A DNA stretch of 64,000 bases from Octopus vulgaris. Taxonomy: Eukaryota. A program made the position numbers and the translations under genes. The stretch is taken from assembly GCA_951406725.2 (NCBI GenBank), contig OX597824.1, positions 1,674,001-1,738,000 on the forward strand. The letters run 5' to 3'. Of this stretch, positions 57,832 through 64,000 are shown piece by piece. The notes below the pieces were generated by a model. It did not search any database. It was not told the origin of the DNA and saw only the letters and a list, made by a program, of their open reading frames with translations. Each line of letters begins with the position of its first letter. The stretch's first letter is position 1.

Positions 57832-57851
57832 ATAATAATAATAATAATAAT
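57610..57851. repeat. Compound AAT/GAT/AGT/AGC trinucleotide repeat
   Basis: Direct reading. Confidence 0.95.
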
Positions 57852-57939
57852 ATTTCTGTTTGGAATTTCAGGGAATGTAACGTATTTTCTAGAGATAAAT
57901 ATGATGAGGTGAAAAGCTGAACTGACACCTTACGGAAAA

Positions 57940-58760
57940 AGCTTGGGCACGCTGAGTATCAGAAAATGGATTTTCCAAGGTGATATCCTGTCTCCGTTGC
58001 TTTTTGTTCTCTGCATGAGACCCCTGACCTTGGTAATTAGGAAAATGAACCTGTGGTACCAACTAAAGGAAAAATCCCAAATAATCAACCATCTCCTTTT
58101 CATGGACGATTTGAAACTGTATGATAAAGATGAGACGCAAGTCAGTTCCTTGAACGCGGTCCACTGTTTTAGTATTGATATTAGAATGGAATTTTGACTT
58201 AAGAATTGCGAAATAGTCTATCTAAAAAGAGGCAAGGTACAGTCCTTAACAGAGATAGAATTACCGAATAGAGATTTGATTAAGCAAATTGAAATGGAAG
58301 GATACATTCGTCGTGCACTAGACTTCAATGAGATAATAGTAAAAGAATTGAAAGGGTAGATGAGGATGGAATATTTCCGAAGACTAGGGTTGGTGTTGCA
58401 CTCAAATTGACTGGATGAAATAAAATCGAAGCAGTCACTACCTGGGCGAAAGCATCACTTCGACATGGAGCAGGAATTATGAAATGTCGAAAGGGTGAAG
58501 TAAAGAAAATGGATACCAGGACTAGAAAAATGTTGACTGTATTCGGGGCCTTCCATCCTAAGTGAGACACCCATAGGCTGTAGTTGTCCAGAAGAAAGGG
58601 TGCGAGAAGTTTGATCAGTTGTCAGGACTGTATCCAAGAGGAGGAAAAAACTTAGGGTGGTATATAAAAAATGACGTGGAGCCACTGTTGACACACTCTA
58701 AGAAAGCTGGCGTCTTCAAAACTGAGAATTGTGTGACTAAAGAAGAATTTAAACAAGAGA
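57940..58760 (+). mobile_element. R4/Dong-type LINE RT fragment
   Basis: IFQGDILSPLLFVLCMRPL...INHLLFMDDLKLY...IRMEF. Confidence 0.9.
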
Positions 58761-58768
58761 TGTACATA

Positions 58769-58925
58769 GGCGCAGGAGTGGCTGTGTGGTAAGTAGCTTA
58801 CTTAACAACCACATGGTTCTGAATTCATTCTCCCTTCGTGGCACCTTGGGCAAGTGTTTTCTACTATAACTTCGGGCCGACCAAAGCCTTGTGAGTGGAT
58901 TTGGTAGACGGATACTGAAAGGAGC
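58769..58925 (+). mobile_element. SINE family B 5' half, abutting the LINE fragment
   Basis: ggcgcaggagtggctgtgtggtaagtagc...caccttgggcaagtg...gtggatttggtagacgg. Confidence 0.88.
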
Positions 58926-60069
58926 GACAGGCCCGGTCGAGAGAAGCGCGTGGATCGCTGACCCAGCAAAATAAGCTGTGAGTTATAATAATAATAGCCC
59001 GTGAGTGTAAACTTTTTACCAAAAGTGGAGTATGAATCAAAGCATGATAAAGTTGGCGGATATCAACACTGGTTATATGCCAACATTATAAAAATTAAAC
59101 TCTTGCCAAGTGGTATAATCACCACCATGAGACTGTAACTGTGTGAGTTAGAAAGTAACAGGGGAAGGGCATTCATGTTCCCTCTCTAAATAAACTGGGA
59201 AAAGAACGAACCACAAAATACGACACGATATTTTGTTCGACGCATAATCTACTTCAACGACACATTGTCAAATTTATAACATTAATATTAAGTAACCGAG
59301 TGCATAAATGGAACCCGCTATTGGTCATCTCCAATCTCATAATGTTCCATTTATATTATAGCATGATTTGATCTCGACTCGCGAGAGTCAGTTGAAATAA
59401 AATGCGAATGTTTGAGTGTCAGCAGAGACAAACCTTTCAGGATGCGCTGAATATTTTTGATCTAAATGCTGATTCTTCCAGTGTCTAATATCATATATTT
59501 CACATCCATTTCGTGTCTAACGAAGCCCTTGTTTTTCTTTAATATAACATGGATCTTATTTATTGTAACTAATGCATGCTCTTAAAATTGTGAATGTTCC
59601 ATAATTCAGGTTTTTATAAATATTGGTTAGGACATATTGGAATCGGAGTTAATGGTGTTTGATATTAGATTTTCTGGAAATCGGTTGAAACTACTTTGGA
59701 AAACGTAATTTTTAGTGCAGTCCCCATTTACTATGGATTATCATTATTATTATTATTATTATTATCTGTATAGGAGTACTGTGTAATGGCATTGGAATGT
59801 TATTTAAATATATTGATATGTTATTCACGAAAACACGACAGTTAACCTTGCAAGCATTCCTCTGCTCAGATCGTTCAATAATGTTCAGTAATGGAAGAAG
59901 CAGAAATAGATATGCGTAGACAATAGCATCAAGATGGACATACGAGGTTCTTAGAAGTGATGACAGTCAACTATGATTAGAGAAAATTGCAAGGAAGAAA
60001 TAGTTTAGATATCCGATAATAGATAGCTAAAAGAAATACTTCTTTATCAGTCAGGTCGTTGCTGTTTTA

Positions 60070-60129
<60 letters not shown>

Positions 60130-60395
60130 TAGTCTTATTTTTATCACGTGATTTCGCTGCACAACTAAGTGCAGCACTGTGTGCCTTGGGTATGTGCTGT
60201 GGTTTGTTGTGATGCTCTTATTTTTACTGTATTGAAAGTGGTTTACGTAGGATGTGTACAGTGCCTACTAGTGCGGTTTTCTGTATGTTATATATATTTG
60301 TAAGTCCTGGTGTTTTTGTTATGCATTTGTCTGAATATTTTTTATCATACCTAATGCACCTACTGTAATAGGAATTGTTTCCGGTTTTAGCCTTT
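60130..60395 (-). mobile_element. R4/Dong-type 3' end flanked by (AAT)n
   Basis: LKPETIPITVGALGMIK...IQKTALVGTVHILRK; tail repeat at 60072-60125. Confidence 0.85.
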
Positions 60396-60984
60396 ATAAT
60401 AATAATTATTATTATTGTTATTGTTATTATTATTATTATTAGTCAACGGTAGTAGCAACGGCAACAGCGGCAACACAGCAGTAGTTCTCCGTGCTTTTGT
60501 TTAATCGCATGTCAATTCTGATGGAGCAGAAATATAATTAGATTTGACGGAATTTGGTTGCCATTCCTTGCAAGTCGAACCGCAGCATAAACGCTTTCTC
60601 ACTGACTCGTTAACAGTTAAATAGCAATCACTGGCAACATTCCAATTAGTAGCCATTAACAGGATGTGAGTTCATGAACGAAAGATTCAAAGAAACACTT
60701 CACACTTGTTACTGTCGGGATTCAATCACGCGTGCGAATTAATTTCAATAACTAGATTGCACCACTTGTACCGGATCGGCTGGAGGTATATATAAACTTT
60801 GGAAACCTGAAAGCAGCTTCTGAAATCCCATTGAAATATGAATGTGTCCATCTTGTCAACCGATTTCTTTTTATATATTGTAAAATAAGTCGTGGAATAA
60901 AAAAAATAAGGAAGTATTTTAATAAAAGAAATAGTGAATGAGAGAGTGGGAGCAAACAGGGAACATTGGTACATTACATATCAG

Positions 60985-61018
<34 letters not shown>

Positions 61019-61786
61019 TATTGTATTGTATTGGCATCCTTTCTGTCTCGGGAGACAATGGAGTTGCGCATTTTTTATTTTTTATTTTTTTTTTTTATAT
61101 ATATATATATGTATATACATATATGGTCACATTCTTTTATATGTATGTTTTCACAGATGTATGTATGTCTGTGTAGATATACGACTATGTGCGTGCATTT
61201 TCGGCTGTGTATCTCTACCTATAAGGCGGTTTATAAATACACGCATGTTGTTGAGTATATATGTAAGTGCAGAAAATTTCCGCTTTCTGAATCTTATGTT
61301 GCATCACGATTCATTTCGTATTTCTTTTCGCTACTTAAGTGCACACATGCAGATTGTTTCTTACTGAAACGCACATTCCTTTGCTCAGACACACACATAA
61401 GTAGAATTGACACACAGAAATGAAAACATATTCCTTTAATCTCTCTCTCTCTCTCTCTCTCCCCATATTTCTCTTTTCCTGTCATTGTTCACTTTGCCAT
61501 TATTTTGTGTTTGATACACATCAATTACGAGTAGGAAAATGCATGCACATCTATGCATTCTTTATACTCGCTTCTAATCATCCTTTCCGCTCGCTTACCT
61601 ACGCGGAGCAACAACCGCACAGCGTGCCACATACACAACACTGACTAACACAGGTGCGCGAACGCACACACACACACATAAACATACATACGCACACACA
61701 CACACACATATATGCATATTCATATGTAAATATATACATAGGCAAATTATATATATGTATATATACATGTATATATGTACATGTGA

Positions 61787-61832
<46 letters not shown>

Positions 61833-62860
61833 TACATTCATATACAATAATAAGTATACCCACACACATACATACAAAACTATACTGAGAAACATACACG
61901 CGTACATACATACTGACACACACGCACAGACACGCACACACACACACACATGTTTAAGTACAAATATTGAATCTTAAGTATTGATATTAGACCTATATAC
62001 ACTTGCATGCAGGCACATTTATACGCACATTGAGATACACACACACACACACACACAGATATATATATATATAATACTTGTGTGTATATTGTATGTGCAT
62101 GCTTTTATTTACTTTGTTATTCATATTTACATTAATTTAGCCACAGTTGATTTCATCCGATGGTCTCATACATATTTCCTAGAATAATGGAAGTAAATAA
62201 AATTACAGGTTTGTGAGTGATATCAGCTGAAACAGAGAACAATTTTTACAATTGAAATTCAATATGCTGTTATGAATATTTTTGTTTCCTTTTCGTTCTA
62301 GGAGAGAAATGTCTAATGGCTTTCAAAGAGGATTTAAGCGAAAATGTTACATAAATGCTTTCGTCATCGATGATGTTTCAGAGAAGCAGCGACCGACGTC
62401 GGTGCCGCTCACGTTGCTGCTGATTCCATTGTTTCTTGAAAATTTGGTACAATTTTCTAATTCTTTTGATTGTTGTAGAGAAAGGAGGGTAAGATCAATC
62501 CCTGGACTGTTTTAACATGAATCTATTGATAACCGTTACAGCGAGATATCCTCTGACATTTGACGCAGTCTCTCGTTGTCAAGAAAGATGACACACACAC
62601 ACAAGCACACACATATCATGCATATATAAATTTGATGCTTTTTATATAGATTTATACATATACACAAAGCAGCCTAACCTTGTTTACACTCCTTTGAAGT
62701 ATCACTGAATACCGCCGAGTAGAATATCGCATTCATTTAATCTTTACATACATATATATACTTACATATATATCTATATAAATATATGTACACACATATA
62801 TCAATATATGTACATATATATATATATACACATATATACACACACATATATATATATACA

Positions 62861-63060
62861 TAGCCTCTATGCAGCATGTAAGCTACTGGCAAAGACTTAC
62901 GACATTCAGATTCTATTTCCTGGAGCGTAGGTTGGAAAGACATGCCGTAATATATATTTGGAAGATCCTGTAGGGACTCGTCCCAAACTTTAGCATTGAA
63001 TGTTACACTAACGCGAGAACAGGACACCACTGCATAATGCTTACTGTCAGGAGTCCCAGG
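62861..63060 (+). mobile_element. CR1/L2-like LINE C-terminal remnant
   Basis: VSYWQRLTTFRFYFLERRLERHAVIYIWKIL*GLVPN matches LSY.ERL..L.LYSLERRR.R...I..WKI..G. Confidence 0.8.
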
Positions 63061-63307
63061 TGAACCAACTTCACAGCAGGAAGTGCAAATGAGGGCAGCA
63101 ACATCAAACTTCCTCATTCACCAAATGTCAAGTTAGAAAATAATTAGTGAAGTAAATGTTATGTAGGAACACGAAATGGCGGTACCCCAGCATGGCCACA
63201 AATCATGTGCTAAAACTAGATCAAATCAATATATATATACATATATAACGTTTATATATATGTATATACACACACACACATATATACATACATATACATA
63301 TATTTAT

Positions 63308-63511
63308 AGTTAATCCAAACCTGAAAACACAAAGAGAAAACACAACAACGCGAGGACGTGGAACAAATATAGTGTTATTGGACGCTCAGGAAAGAAGGAA
63401 AGAAGGAGGGTTTAACGTTTCGAGCGGAGCTCCTCGTCAGAAACACAGGAAAAGGAAAGATCCAGAGAAGGGAAGACGGAGGAAAAAAATCGCCAGCGGT
63501 ACGCACGCGGT

Positions 63512-63515
<4 letters not shown>
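63308..63515 (-). mobile_element. Family H1 element, best-preserved copy
   Basis: About 210 bp between (TA)n tracts. Confidence 0.85.
63410..63444 (-). ncRNA. Minimal type I hammerhead ribozyme motif (Penelope-type)
   Basis: GTTT CTGACGA g GAGC tcc GCTC GAA ACGT T AAAC: canonical core, palindromic ACGT stem III, GUU cleavage triplet. Confidence 0.8.
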
Positions 63516-63551
<36 letters not shown>

Positions 63552-63589
63552 CATATGTATATATATATATATATATACATACATATATA

Positions 63590-63646
<57 letters not shown>

Positions 63647-63659
63647 CATATGCATAACG

Positions 63660-63853
63660 TAACCACATGTGAATCGTTGCAGATTTTCTTCCACCATCTT
63701 CCTTTCTATTGGACTCTACTCTGATTCTGAAGAAGAGCGTTGCATGAAACGTTAAACCGTTTTTCTGTCCTTCTCTGAGCGTCTGCTAATACTTTACATG
63801 TACCACATCCTCGCGTTGGTTTTTTTTGCGTCTGTTCATATTTTGGGGGATTT
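63660..63853 (+). mobile_element. Family H1-related diverged copy in inverted orientation
   Basis: CTGAAGAaGAGCgttGCATGAAACGTTAAAC at 63727-63757; ctgagcgtc and tcctcgcgttg are reverse complements of the upstream copy. Confidence 0.75.
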
Positions 63854-64000
63854 ACCATTTATACACATATATATATATATTCATAGATATATACATACAT
63901 ATATATACATAGATGTATACTTATAAATATATACATAGATATATACATACATATATAAACATATATGTATATATATATACATACACATACATACACATGC

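Noticed and set aside
62737-63117. 126-aa minus-strand ORF
   Set aside because: Antisense shadow of a plus-strand CR1-like LINE remnant

Overview
AT-rich, microsatellite-saturated eukaryotic intergenic/intronic DNA. The SINE families and repeat load suggest an octopus (coleoid cephalopod) genome; this is an inference. I found no intact protein-coding gene: the long ORFs in the track are translations of (TA)n, (CATA)n, (CTAT)n and trinucleotide repeats. Recognisable content: three tRNA-headed SINE families; decayed R4/Dong-type (REL) LINEs next to (AAT)n tracts; RTE, CR1-like and Penelope GIY-YIG remnants; two Tc1/mariner remnants; a Tigger-like MITE; a Helentron-associated element; and an 18S rRNA/ITS1 fragment. 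Two signals stand out. (1) At least four families of short non-coding elements carry minimal Penelope-type hammerhead ribozymes, several with a recurrent CCGAYGA (U4C) core. (2) Scattered, decayed reading frames resemble different domains of a negative-sense RNA virus L polymerase (RdRp pre-A/A, region IV, PRNTase HR, methyltransferase), suggesting a cluster of endogenous viral elements. All protein assignments are by-eye motif recognition and need HMM confirmation.
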